From: Fonticula alba ATCC 38817
Taxonomy: Eukaryota; Protista; Nucleariida
Assembly (NCBI GenBank): GCA_000388065.2
Contig: KB932211.1
Reading direction: 5' to 3' (one strand)
Length of the DNA: 64,000 bases
The position numbers and the translations under genes are program-made. The notes beneath the pieces were generated by a model, which had not been told where the DNA came from, searched no databases, and was given only the letters and a program-made list of their open reading frames with translations. Within the stretch, counting starts at the first letter, position 1; the number at the start of each line of letters is the position of its first letter. Positions 36,855-52,059 of this stretch are shown one piece after another.

Positions 36855-38047
36855 GCGCTGTGTGCGCCCGGGCATCATGTGTGGTGGCGGTCGTTTTTTG
36901 CGCGCGCGCTGGAGGCCGGGAGCGCCCTGTGTCCGCTCGCGCCCGTCCTTTTCGGGAGACCATACCATCTGTTTTCCCTGCCGCACAGCGCGCGCCGACG
37001 TCCATCTCTTCACCGGCAAGGCCCCGCCGTGCGTGTGATGGGGGACTCTCAACCCGCCATGCGGCCGTGTGTGGAGCACGCATGGACGCGGCTCCCCCCT
37101 CCTCGGGGTGGGGCGCAAGGCGAGGAGAAAGGCGTGGAGCCTCTGTTTTTAGTGCGAGGAGGAGGGGGCATGTGTCTGGCGGGACTTTCCCACGCGACAA
37201 GGCGTGGCTTGCCTTGCTGTTGAGCCGACCAGCGCCTCGGCTCCTGCGGCGGCCCCTTTCCGCTGCTCCTGCGTCAGGGCCGCCAGAGGGGACAGGCGCC
37301 TGGAGGAGGACCCGCGCCGGCGGCTCACATCGCGGGGGACAATCGGATGGCCGGTGCATCCGATGCCGTCGGCGGAGATGTGGGCTATGGAGGCATTTTT
37401 GGCCTCCGGCCCGGGAGGCGCCCCCGGGAGGCGTGAGGGTCTCGGCAAAAAAGGCATCGAGAGGGACGCCAAAATGGCCCCTCGAGCGAATTAAGAAATA
37501 ACAAAAGAGGGACGTGAATTACACCCGGGACTGCCAACGCACACCCGATACTCGTTCCCGCGCTTCCACACATGCAGAATGTGTTCTCAAAGTAAAACAC
37601 GCCATGTGCGGCGCGCCCTTGTCGCCGCCCCCTTCGTCGCCCGCCTGCGGGCGTGAGGCCCGGGGGGAGAGGGGCGGGGGCCGGCTGGGTGAAGAGATTG
37701 CCGCTGCGTCCCGGTGGCCGGCGAGAACCGCCGCGGGAGGGGACCGGCGAGAAGTACCCTAGCCCTCATGTAGGAAGGCATGGCGGCGATCTTCCAGCCT
37801 TCCTTTCCCTCGGGGGGGAGGGGGGGGGGGGGAGCCGAACGGGGGAGAGCCGAACGGGGGAGAGGGGCGGCCCGCCGGGGCCGAGCTTATCAGTGCCAGT
37901 GTCATGAGGGTCCCCGGGAGCCAACCTGACTGGCCCATCAGACACTCTGCCCCCCCTCCCTCCGCGCCCACTCCCCATTTCTGCCGTTTTTTGTTTCCCC
38001 CCTCTGCCGCTCCCTCGTCTGGCCCTCCCCGCCATCTGCTCCCGAGT

Positions 38048-40693
<2,646 letters not shown>

Positions 40694-40974
40694 GGCTGGT
40701 AGCCATATGCTGCCCCTGGCTGGACTTGGGCCGAGGGAAGGGGGGCAGTGTGTGTGTGTGTGTGTGTGTAAATGTCTCAGGGCATCCCAACAGGAGGGAC
40801 GCCGCAGTCGCCCCTCTTCTTCACCTCTCTCTCCCCCCCCCGCCCCTTCCTGCCTTGATGGCCTTTTCCTCCAAGAAGATATACCGATAGATAGATAGAT
40901 ATATTGTACAAGGGCGTCCCCTTCGCTGTTTGGGTAAGGGACAGGAGCGGTGACTGGCCGGTGTGTATGTCTGC

Positions 40975-41787
40975 TTAGAAGCGCATGTGGAGGCGCTCCT
41001 CCATCTGGGCGTGGACGGAGATGGGGGCGCGGGGAACATCGATGACTGTGTGCACGGGGAAGGCCCGCGGGGAGGAGGGGGAGGGGGGGGGGGGCCTGTT
41101 AGTGGGGCGGTGGACGGGGCGCACATGGGCACCATCGGGCAGGGGAAGGAGAGCAGGGGACGCACCGCCATAGACATCCTGCACGTCGAGGTCGGTATCG
41201 CGACCGGTCAGCACGTCGAAGGCCAGGTTGGAGGAGAGGCCGTGGACGCCAGCAAGACCGGCCCGGTTGGAGGCCAGCGAGGTGGCCCACTGGCGCTCCA
41301 TCTGGTACATGATCGGGGCATTGAGGCCCTGGGTGCCACGAAGGACGGCCATGCGGCGGGCATCCTCGAGGGCGGCGGCCTGTGTGGGACGGGGAGGGAC
41401 CGCCATGGGGGGACAGGAGGAGGAGTCAGTAGGGTCTCCTCATGCGGCATAGGTGTATATATATATGTGTGTGTGTGTGCGCGTGTGGCGCGCGCGTGCG
41501 AGGCGAATCAAAGCGCGTACCTGAGTGGCGACGGGCTCCATCGGGTGGGAGGCGACCACGGCATTACGGGGGGCCATCGTCTCGCCGGTGGCATGGCCGA
41601 GGCCGCGGCCCTCGCGCAGGGGGTCGCGGACACCCTGGGTGCCGCACAGCGGGGTGCTGACCGAGGAGGCCGAGGAGGTGGACGAGGCCGACGGGTGCAG
41701 TGCGAAGTCCTGGTGGGGAGGGGCAAGACAGTCAGCGGGGGGCGTGATGGCGCGGCGCCAGGGGGGGAAGGGGAGGTGACGAACCAT
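40975..41787 (-). CDS. POMP: Proteasome maturation factor UMP1/POMP; exons 41787-41785 (ATG only), 41709-41521, 41379-40975
   Basis: GVRDPLREG, HPME, LRGTQGLNAPIMYQME, SSNLAFDVLTGRD and HAQMEERL align with POMP HPLE, LRNIQGLFAPLKLQME, SSNLSLDVLRGND and HLMVEYKL. Confidence 0.9.
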
Positions 41788-42228
41788 GGTGATTCCGGGG
41801 GCGGGGCGAGGGCAGAGGGGCAGGGGATGGGTGGGGATGAGCGGGGATGGAGGGAGGAGGAGAGGGGGCCGAGGGAAGGGGGAGGGGAGGGGGAGGCTGA
41901 TGTGCATATACCCCGGCAGCCGCCAGGCTCCAGGGCCGGGGGGTGGCCTTTTCAGGTCCGTGTCTAGCTCTGACTAGGGGAGGCGTTGTTCCGACGGAGG
42001 GAGGAGATCGGCGGGGGAAGGGGGCCGGGGCAAACCTCGGGATACGCAATGGCCCCAGGCGGGCGGGCGGGCGGCCGGGCGGGCAGAGGCGGGCTGAGCT
42101 CAACACGGACGGGCCGAGCAGCTGTCATTCCTTCTGGAACGGCAAGCCACCGGGGCACCTTCTCGAACCACGCGAGAGGCTGGGCAGGCGTCGCGCCCCG
42201 TCCCTCCCCCTCCGCCCCCCCCCCCCCG

Positions 42229-42271
<43 letters not shown>

Positions 42272-43050
42272 GCTCTCGCGCTCCCGCTCTCTCTCCCTCT
42301 CCCCCCCCCCCCGGGCGGGACTGCGGAACGGGCGCCGCAGATGCCAACGGAGCATCCCGTTCGCGACACGGACCCGGGGCTCTCCCGGCGGGGGCTTTCT
42401 TTGGTCCTTTCAATGGATGAGCATTATCCCGTTTCTCTTCCCCCCCCCCCCCTCTCTCTCTCTCTGGCAATCTCGCGGGGAGCAGTCTATTTTGTGGGTG
42501 TGTAAAAAGCGCGTGTGCGCGGCTGCACGCAATGTGGGCATGGGCGGGCGCGGGCGTGTGTGTGTGTGTGTGTGTGTGTGTTCACCCCGGCGGTGGTGTC
42601 TAGCGGGGGCGGGGGTCGCATTATTTGTCCGCCCTGCCCCCTTCGAGGCGGGCCCCGTTTCCCGGCGGGGAAAACACATCGAGGGAGCCACGAAAGGGGG
42701 CCCCAGCACGATGTTGCGCGTGGATGCGCACACAACATGCCCCCCTCCCCCCTCTCTCTCTTGGGCTCCCCATACGCCCCCCGGGGGCGCGGGTCCCTGA
42801 GCCCCAGCCCCTCATACCATTGGAGGGGCGGCGGGAGGGGGTGGGATCTCACAAACTGCTGCTGCTGCTACTGCCCGGATGATATGTGTGTGTGTGTGTG
42901 GGAAGGGAAAGGAGGGAAGGGAAGGGAGGAAGGGGGGGGGGGAAGTCAAGTACAAAGGTGCACCACCTTCTCTTGCCCTGGCAGGGCCGCTCTCTTGTGG
43001 GCGGCGTTCGCACGGGCGCACGGGAGGGCACGCGCATGCCGTGCTCCCTC

Positions 43051-45849
43051 TCAGTAGAGGTCATCGTCCGAGCGCGACCCCCGGCGAGAGGAGGACAGGG
43101 AGGAGGGCGGGGGCGACCGGCGGCCGGCATGGTCGCGATGGTGGTCGCGATCGCCCCGGTGCTCGCGGTAGTGGTGGTCACGGTGGTGGTCGCGGTCGCC
43201 CCGGTGGTAGCGCGCCGCGTCCGGCGAGGGGGACCGCGACCCTGGCCGGTAGTGCTGGTGGTCGCGATCGCGATCGCGATCACGATGGTCACGATGGTGG
43301 TGGTCATAGTCCAGGTCATCTGAAGAGCCGCGGGCACCAGGGCGCGAGGAGCTGCCGCCGCCGCCGCCGCTGGCGCCCGAGCGCCGGCCGGAGGAGGAGG
43401 AGGAGGAGGAGGAGGAGGAGGCAGGCCCCTGCGACCGGTGGGACTTGCGACTGGGGGAGAAGCGCGCATCATCGGCGCCCAGCTCGGCCAGGTCGCGCTT
43501 GCGCCCGCCGGCGGTGGTCGGCGACGCGCCCGACCCATCGGTCTTCAGGGTCAGCGTCAGCCGGGTTTGGGTTTGGCGCGAGTTGGTGGTCCCGCCGCCG
43601 ATGGACACCGGGTGCTGCTGCTGATGCTGCGAGGCCTGGGAATCGGCCCCGGCCCCGATGCCGACTGGCCGAGCGGCCGAGCGCTGCGGCGTGGCCGGGC
43701 GCTTCTTGGCCAGCTTGGCATACAGTGACGACAGCATGCCGGCATCGTAGTCCGACTGGTCGATGGTCCGGGCCACGAAGGCCCACATTTGCTCGCGCCG
43801 GGGGAAGGTCTGCCCACCGCGGACCGGGCGCAGGCCCAGCTTGCGCCGGGACTCCACCTCGTCCACCCGCTCGCCGATGGCCTGCAGGGCGGTCCGCACC
43901 ACGGCCAGGACCTTGGCCTGGTCGGCGATGTCCCGGGCATTGGCGATCTGCGCCACATGGCCGAGCACATCGCCGAGAGCCTGCTCACATGCGATCCACT
44001 CGGCATCCTCGGCGATGGCGTCGGCGGAGGAGCTGGCCCCACTACCGGGGGAGCCGCCGGAGGACTTGCCGCCATCGAAGTGGCCCTCCTCGCCGCCGGC
44101 GGGCCCATCGTCGCCCATGGCGGCACCAGCACCCGCGCCGCCGGCCGTGGCAGCCGGCGTCATCGTCGTGCTAGTTGTCGCGGTCGCGGTCGCCGCGGCC
44201 GCGGCGGCGGCGGCCGCCGCCGAAGACAGGGTCTTACCGCTGATCTTCAGCTTGAGGGTCGGCTGGGGGCCCGGGGGATCGGCCTTGGCCGCGCGGGAGG
44301 CGGCGGCCGCGGCGGCCGCCGCGGCGCGGGAGCTCTGGCGCCCGGAGCGCGTGGCCGTCGGCGCCGGGGAGGCCGTGCCCGAAGACAACTCCGATGGCGA
44401 CCCGACATCGGCCCCGCCGCCGCCATTGGACATTTCATCCTCCCGGCGGCGGATCTGCCGGAAGAGGTAGTCCGTGCGCTTCATCACATGGCGGAAGCCC
44501 GGGGTCGGGGCTGCCCGACCGGCGGCCTCGGCCTCGGCCGTTTGGTCCCGGCCGACGATCTTCTTGGCCAGGCCCAAGCTCGGATCCAGACGGATGGGCT
44601 CCCAGTGGCCATACCCATGGCGCAGGACGCCCACCAGGAGCATGCTGTCATCCTTGTCGGTCCAAGGGTGGTCCCAAGTTGGCCGGGAGGTGGTGATCAG
44701 ACCCTTCAGGCGGAAGTCCGTGTCATTGGCATGGCGACGGACCAGCTGCCGGAGGGTGGCCAAATCCCGGATCCGCGCCACCGTGTCCGTGGCATTGAGG
44801 CTGACCCCGTGAATGTCGACCTGGATGGCGGCCCCGGCGGCCGGCAGCTTGGGAGGCCGGGCCCCGGCCTCCAGGAGGCGCTCGCGCTCCAGCTCGCGCT
44901 CCCGCTCGCCGGCCAGCTGGGCCGTGGTACAGCGCGAGACAATCATCTCGAAGAGGTCGCGAATTTGGGTGTTGTCGAATTTGCCGAGATTGGCCTCCTC
45001 CGTGACCAGGGCCAAAAACTGGGCGTCATGCGCGCGGGCCGTGTCCCCGGTCATGTCTTCCCCGCCGTAGGTCGACTCGGCCGAGAAGGAGGAGGTCATC
45101 ATGGACCAGCCGAATTTGCGCAGAGCCCGGTGGGCATTGCGGATGTTGCGGTCGGTGATGATGGACTCGGTCCGGCGGGCGCCAGCGCCACCGCGCCCGA
45201 ACCCACCTCCCAGGGAGGAGGATGACCCGGACACGCCGCTGGAATAGTCATCCTCATAGTCCTCGTCGGAGTCGCCGGCGTCGACGCCATGGGGATCGCG
45301 CAGGGCCCCGCCCGGCAGGCGGCGCCGCCGCCGCCGCGGCGGCAGCACCAGCACTCCGTCCACCATGACCGCGTTGCCGGCATTGTCCCCGGTGTACCCG
45401 AGCGACTCGCGCACCTGGCGCTCCTTCTCCTCCTGGGCCGCGCGCTGGCGGTCCTCCTCCGGGATGATGCTGTCCCACTCGAAGTCCGCCACTTGGAAGG
45501 AGTTCAGCAACTCCGAGGCGCCGGAGTCGTCCTCGGCCGCGGCCTCTGCGTCGCGCGTCTCCGCACGAGCAAGCACATCATCGAGATCGATGTCCTGGCC
45601 CGCACATGTGTATGTTAGTGCGTGCGTGCGTGCGCGTGCTTGTGCGTGTATATGTGTGCATGTGCATCGGGCTGGTGGGCTTTTGGGGGCGGGAGGGGCA
45701 CAAGACACACCTCCTGCGGCGGATGGGCCTCCATCGAGGAATCGGGCATGTCATCGGGGTTGGCACCGTCCTTCTTCCGGGACTTGAAGAGATCCTGTGC
45801 GCCGAACTTGAGGATCTGCTGGATGTCGCTCTTGCTGTGTGTGCATGTA

Positions 45850-45902
<53 letters not shown>

Positions 45903-48900
45903 GCGTGTGTGTGTGTGTGTGCGTGCAAGGGGACGCATGTGTGCGAGTAGGTGAGTGCGCGTGCGCCGGCAGATGCGGCACCAAACATGGGGGCGCCTGA
46001 TGGAAGCCGGGGGGGGGGGGGGGGCCACGGGAAAGGCGAAGGGCCGGGACCAATGTACGCACGTGAAGTTGGGCTGTGACCCGGAGCCGCTCTTGCTGAG
46101 GATCGTGTTGCCGGAGGCATCAAGACGCTGGATGACCAGGTGGTCCAGGACCATCTTGCGCTTGGCGCGCTCGATGATATCCTCCTCGACGGTGTTCTAT
46201 GCGCGCAAATGGGCGAAGGGAAAGAAAAGAAGGCAGTAGAGGGTCAGTGGTCATGCCAGTCGATCCCCGGCGGGGAAAGAAAACAAACATGCGAAATTCC
46301 CGTCTCCCCCCCCCCCCGGACACACCTTGGTCACGAAGCGATAAATGTTGACCACATTCTTCTGGCCCAGACGATGGGCACGGGCCATGGCTTGCAAATC
46401 GTTCTGCGGGTTCCAGTCACTGTCATACAAGATGACCGTGTCGGCGGTGGCCAAGTTGATACCGAGACTGGGAGAGGGGGAGAGAGAGAGAGAGAGAGAG
46501 CCCGCCGTGTTAGTGTTGCCATGGAGCGCAAAAAGAGACAGAGGGAGGAAATGGCCGAAGGAGGCAGGACCGGAGGTCGGCGACAGGGGAGGGAGCAACA
46601 AATCGCGGACGCACCCGCCGGCACGAGTGGACAGCAGGAAGCAGAAGTCCGCCGAGCCCTCGGCATTGAAGTGGTCCATGGCCTGCTTGCGCTGCTCGGA
46701 GCTCGTCCCGCCATCAAGGCGCTGGAAGCCGAAGCCCTTCAGGCGCAGGTACTCCTCGATGATGTCCAGCATGCGGACCATTTGCGAGAAAATCAGGACC
46801 CGATGGCCGCCCTCGCGCAGCCGGACCAGCAGCTTGTCCAGGAGAACCATCTTGCCGCAGGAGGTGATCATATTCTTCAGGTACTGCTCGCGAGCATCCG
46901 CCGCCCCGGAGGACAGGATCTCCTGGCCCTCGGCGTGCGCGGCCTCCGGGTTGGTGAGGTTCGGGTGGTTACAGAGCTTCTTCAGCTCGATGAGGATATT
47001 TTGCAGGCTGGTTTGGGATGCCTTGTTGCCCTGGGCCAGGGCCGTGTAGTTCCGGGCCAGGATCCACTCGTAGAAGAGCTTCTGCTTGGGGGACATCTCC
47101 ACCCGGAGGATACTTCATGCGCGGCGTAGGTGAAGGTGGGGAGGGGGGGGGGGGTCATCATGGTCAGGGGAGGCGGCGAGCAGGCGAGTCACGGGCATGC
47201 GAGTCGTCACATACCGTTCCACCTTGGATGGCAGGGACTTGAGCACCTGGCGCTTGAGGCGCCGGAGCATGTGCGGGCGGAGGGTCTCATGGAGCTCGCG
47301 CAGCTGGTCCGCCTCTTCGAAGCGGCCGTAAGTGGCCTCGAACTCCTCGAGGGAGGTGAACTTCGTGGGCTGGAGGAACTGCAGCAGGGCCCACAGCTCG
47401 CGGATGGCATTCTGCAGCGGGGTACCGGTGATGAGCAGGCGGTTGGCCGTATTCAGGGAGATCAGGTGCTCGTACAGCTGCGACTCGCTGTTCTTCAGCC
47501 GATGGGCCTCATCCACGCCGAGATATGCCCAGCGGATGGGGCTGGCATGTGTGCAGGTGGATGGGGCGGAGTAAGCAACAGGGGCGTCTGCGTGTGTGTG
47601 TGTGTGTGTGTGGGGGGGGGGGCGGGGGCGCATGCATGCGGCGAGGCTATACGCACGACAGGTAGGCAAAGTCGCGCAGGACCATGTCGAAGGTGGTCAA
47701 CAGGACATTGAACCGCGGAGCAGAAGGGTCATTGCTGCCCTCCTCGTAGAACTCATACTGGCGGATGACCTCGCGGGACTTGGCGTTGCCGAGGTAGAGG
47801 ATGGCGTTCATGGCGGGAGCCCAGCGCCGGAGCTCATTCTGCCAAGCTGGGATGTGCGTGCGTGCGTGCGTGCGTGCGTAAGTCCATGGTAGTCGGCATA
47901 CACGCGTACATGGGGAATGCGGGAAAATGCGAGAAAAGTGCGGGGAAATGCGGGGAAATGCAGGCAATCCAGCCGCCGGACGGACGCACCATCGATTGTC
48001 GACAGAGGGACCACCAGCAGGAAGGGCCCGTAGATGTTGCGCGAATGGAAGAGGTAGGACAGCATGCAGATGGTCTGGCAGGTTTTGCCGAGACCCATCT
48101 CATCGGCCAGGATGACATTGGTGTTGCGTGACCAGGCAGAGGCCAGGAAGTTCAGACCCATGACCTGGTAGTCGCGGAGCTCACCGCCAACAATGTAGCT
48201 TGGCTGCTCGGTGATCGGGGTGAACTCCATGCGCTGGTTGCGGATGGATTGGGACCTGTGTGATGGGGATGTCCAATGGCCAGGGATGGGAGGGAGCGCG
48301 AGAGAGAGAGAGACACACACATGCACAGAGGAAGAGACAAAGAGGGGGAGCACCAGGGGAAATGGGGGAACCCCGCGCCGGGTCAGGGTCAGAAAAGGAG
48401 GAGGAAGGAGGGGGAGGGCCAAGGAAGGGAGAAGTCGAAGGGGAGGGAAGGCAAAGAGAGGGGCAGGGAGAACAAGCGCACCGGCTCGGCACGCGTAGCG
48501 ACCGGTAGCGCTGCTCGAAGTCCGCGATCTCGGCTGCGAAGTCCTTGGCCACCAGGGCCGCCGCCTCCCAGGTGCACTCGGCATAGGGGAGGCCGCGCCA
48601 CTTGCAGAAGTACTCCGGCTCGCCGAGGTCATCGGTGCGCACGCTGACAACCCGCTCCACGCGGCAGTGCTCACGCAGGAGATGGCGCTCCATCTCCTCG
48701 TCAATGCGAGCCTGCTCGAGCTCCTCGGCCGACAGGGCGGCCAGCGAGCGCTCCTGCACCTGGCGCCGGCGGATGTAGTTCTCCATGCGCTTGTAGCCCT
48801 TGACCGGGGTGCCCTGCTCGCGGGCGGTGCGCGGCAGGACCGACAGGCCGAGGCTCATGGCGGCTTCGCGGCTGCCGAGCATGTCCTGCGCCAGTTCCCA

Positions 48901-50435
48901 GGTGTTGTGCAAGTGCGAGAACCCCTGCCACTTGATGAGATATTCGTTGACCTCGATGCCATCTGCGAGGGAGGGACATTGTTCTCCCGGAGTCAGCTTC
49001 ACGCATGGGAAAAAGAAAAAAAAGAAAAAAAGAAAAGCAGAAAGGGAGGACAGCCCGAGGGAGGGGCCCCGGAGCATGGGGCCACGCCCTCTCGACAGGG
49101 CACAGGGCGGGAGCAAAGGCCGGGGCACGCACCGCGCTCGGTCTTGCGCACATCGCACACGCGATCGATGGCATCCTCCGGCTCGGGCTCCTCCTCCGGC
49201 TCGTAGTAGGCCTGCTGCTCGGCGGCGGCCTGGCGCTCCTGGATTTCGTCCTCATCCATGAGGTCGGTGTCGTCGTCGGCCTCGGCGTAGCTGTACACCG
49301 GGGCCGAGGCGGCGCGGCTGCTGGACCGCCGGGAGAGACCGGCAATGCGCTTGCGGTTGGACCAGGTGGGACCCTCGTCATCTTCATCGGACCCGAGGGT
49401 GGAGGACAGGCGCGAGGTGCGCACGCGCGACACCCGGCCATAGGACTCGGGCTGCGGCTCGATCAGGTCATCATGGTCGCCGCCGCGGGAGCCGGCCAGC
49501 GACCGGCGGGACCCGCGCGAGGAGGTGCCCCCGGAGGCCGAGCGTTTGCGCCCGGCCCCGGCCGAGGAGGACTTTCGCCTGCTGGAGGCGGCGGCCCGGC
49601 GCCGCGGGCCCTTGAGGGTGTACTCCTCGCCGGAGTCCTCGCCATCATCGAGGAAGGCGTCGTCATCGTCGTCCGAGGCAAATTGCACCGGGTCATCATC
49701 GTCGACGATGAAGTTGTCATCATCGTCGAAGGCGGCGCCGCCGTCATCGGCATAGATGCTCCGCCCGGAGGGGATGGCCCGGGTGGCGGTGGCGGCCCGG
49801 CGAGAGCTCCGCCGGCGGTTGTCGGCGAAGTCCTCCCAGGGGAAGTCGTCCGGGTCGGCGGCAACGGCGGCGGCGGCCGAGCGCCGGCCACTGCCCCCTC
49901 GACCGGAGGCGATGATCTCCTGGTCGTCCTCATCGAAATCGCCGTCCAGCTGCAAGCGGCCGCGGGCGCGGATGCGGCCGCCGCCGGTGGCCGAGGCGGC
50001 TGGAGCGGCCACCGGCGCGGCCACCGACATGGCCGGGGCGACGCTGCGCGGCCCGCCGAACCCGGCGCCCGAGGCCCCGGGAGGCCGGTAGGCGAAGGCA
50101 CTCAAATTGTTCAGATGCAGGGGCGAGGTGACACTGGCCGTGGAGGCCGGCGACCCGGAGGGCGAGGGCGAGGCAGAGGAGGAGGAAAAGCCGCCGAAGC
50201 GCGTGGCCGAGGAGGGCGCCGCGCGCGCGGCGGCCGGTCGACTGGCCGGCGTGGCGGGCTTCCGCCGCCGGGCCGCCGGGCCGGCCTCATAATCGGACCC
50301 GCTGTCATCGCCCTCGGAGGAGGAGCTCCCACTCGGGGTGAAGTCCTCGCCGTCCGAGGAGGAGGCAGGCGGGGACGCGTCCGACGTCAGGAAGACATCG
50401 TCGTCGTCATTGTAGGACCCGGCCGAGTAGGACAT
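43051..50435 (-). CDS. CHD1: Chromodomain-helicase-DNA-binding protein 1, 10 exons
   Basis: Tandem chromodomains ([34 protein letters not shown]), SNF2 ATPase ([59 protein letters not shown]) and a SLIDE-like segment ([30 protein letters not shown]). Nine introns keep the frame. Confidence 0.96.
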
Positions 50436-51718
50436 GGTGGGTCGAGGAGCGGCGTGTGGCGGAGCGGGGGCTGCATTGGGGGGNNNNNNNNNNNNNNNNN
50501 NNNNNNNNNNNNNNNNNNNNNNNNNNNNNNNNNNNNNNNNNNNNNNNNNNNNNNNNNNNNNNNNNNNNNNNNNNNNNNNNNNNNNNNNNNNNNNNNNNNN
50601 NNNNNNNNNNNNNNNNNNNNNNNNNNNNNNNNNNNNNNNNNNNNNNNNNNNNNNNNNNNNNNNNNNNNNNNNNNNNNNNNNNNNNNNNNNNNNNNNNNNN
50701 NNNNNNNNNNNNNNNNNNNNNNNNNNNNNNNNNNNNNNNNNNNNNNNNNNNNNNNNNNNNNNNNNNNNNNNNNNNNNNNNNNNNNNNNNNNNNNNNNNNN
50801 NNNNNNNNNNNNNNNNNNNNNNNNNNNNNNNNNNNNNNNNNNNNNNNNNNNNNNNNNNNNNNNNNNNNNNNNNNNNNNNNNNNNNNNNNNNNNNNNNNNN
50901 NNNNNNNNNNNNNNNNNNNNNNNNNNNNNNNNNNNNNNNNNNNNNNNNNNNNNNNNNNNNNNNNNNNNNNNNNNNNNNNNNNNNNNNNNNNNNNNNNNNN
51001 NNNNNNNNNNNNNNNNNNNNNNNNNNNNNNNNNNNNNNNNNNNNNNNNNNNNNNNNNNNNNNNNNNNNNNNNNNNNNNNNNNNNNNNNNNNNNNNGCCCG
51101 TTTGCCCCGCCCTCGAGGCAGCCCCAGTTGTGGTGCGCGCGGCGGCCGCCCAACCGAGCAGGGCGCCTCCCCAAGGCCGTCGGGTCGTGGCCGAGATGTG
51201 CACGGCTTCAGGCAACAACGCAAAGCATCCACCCGCCGGATGACTCCTCATGCATAGAGCATCCCCCCTGGCATCGTCGCTGGCGCACGCATGCGGCCTG
51301 CTGGGGCTTTGTGTGTGTGTGTGCGCAGGGAGGCCGAGCGGAAGTCCACACAGCCGCCGGCGGTGGGCAGGCGGCGGGGCACGCCGCCCCCCGGAGTCGA
51401 GGGTCCCTCCGGCTGCGGGGGGGGCGCGGAGCCGTGCGTGTGATTTGGTTCTGAGGTCCGCCCTGTTCGGGTGCGGGCGCGCGGGGCCGAAATTCATGAG
51501 CGCATTTCGGCGGGAGGAAATTCGCTAGAGCGCGCGTGAGCTGGTCCGGTGACATCCACAGAAATGCCATTTCTCCCTTACACCCGCGAGCCGGCTACCC
51601 CCAGCCCGCTTTCGGACTGCTCTGGCGGGCGCGCATGTGTGTGTGCGTGCGTGCGTGCGTGCGTGCGTGCGTGTGTGGGCGCGGGGGAGGCCGAGGACCA
51701 CTTGAGAGGGGCGGCGTG

Positions 51719-51783
51719 TCCAGAGGGCCTTATCCCAGAGGCAATTGCCCCAGAGGGCCTTGCCCCAGAGGGCCTTGTCCCAG
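51719..51783. repeat. 15-nt tandem array (CCCAGAGGGCCTTG[C/T]) x4 plus a partial copy, between the divergent CHD1 and MRPL13 genes
   Basis: Copies at 51719, 51734 (diverged), 51749 and 51764, partial at 51779. Confidence 0.85.
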
Positions 51784-52059
51784 TGCCAAGGGGCGGCAGG
51801 GGGGTGGTGACGGGGGCTCCGGTGAATGGCGAGCAGGGGCCGGTGCGGCCGGGCGGAGGGCAAAGTATCCCGCTTGGAGAGGCAGCGTTCTGGGGTCCGC
51901 AATCTGGCGACTGGGCAGCTGCCCCTCCTCCGCTTCCCCGCTCCTCCCCCCTCCCCCCGCGCCCCCTCCGCCCTCTTCGTTTTCCCCCCCCCCCCCACCT
52001 CCTCCCGCTGCTCCCCTCTGCCTCCTGCTTCTCGGGGACCGCCGCCACCTCGCTAGACC

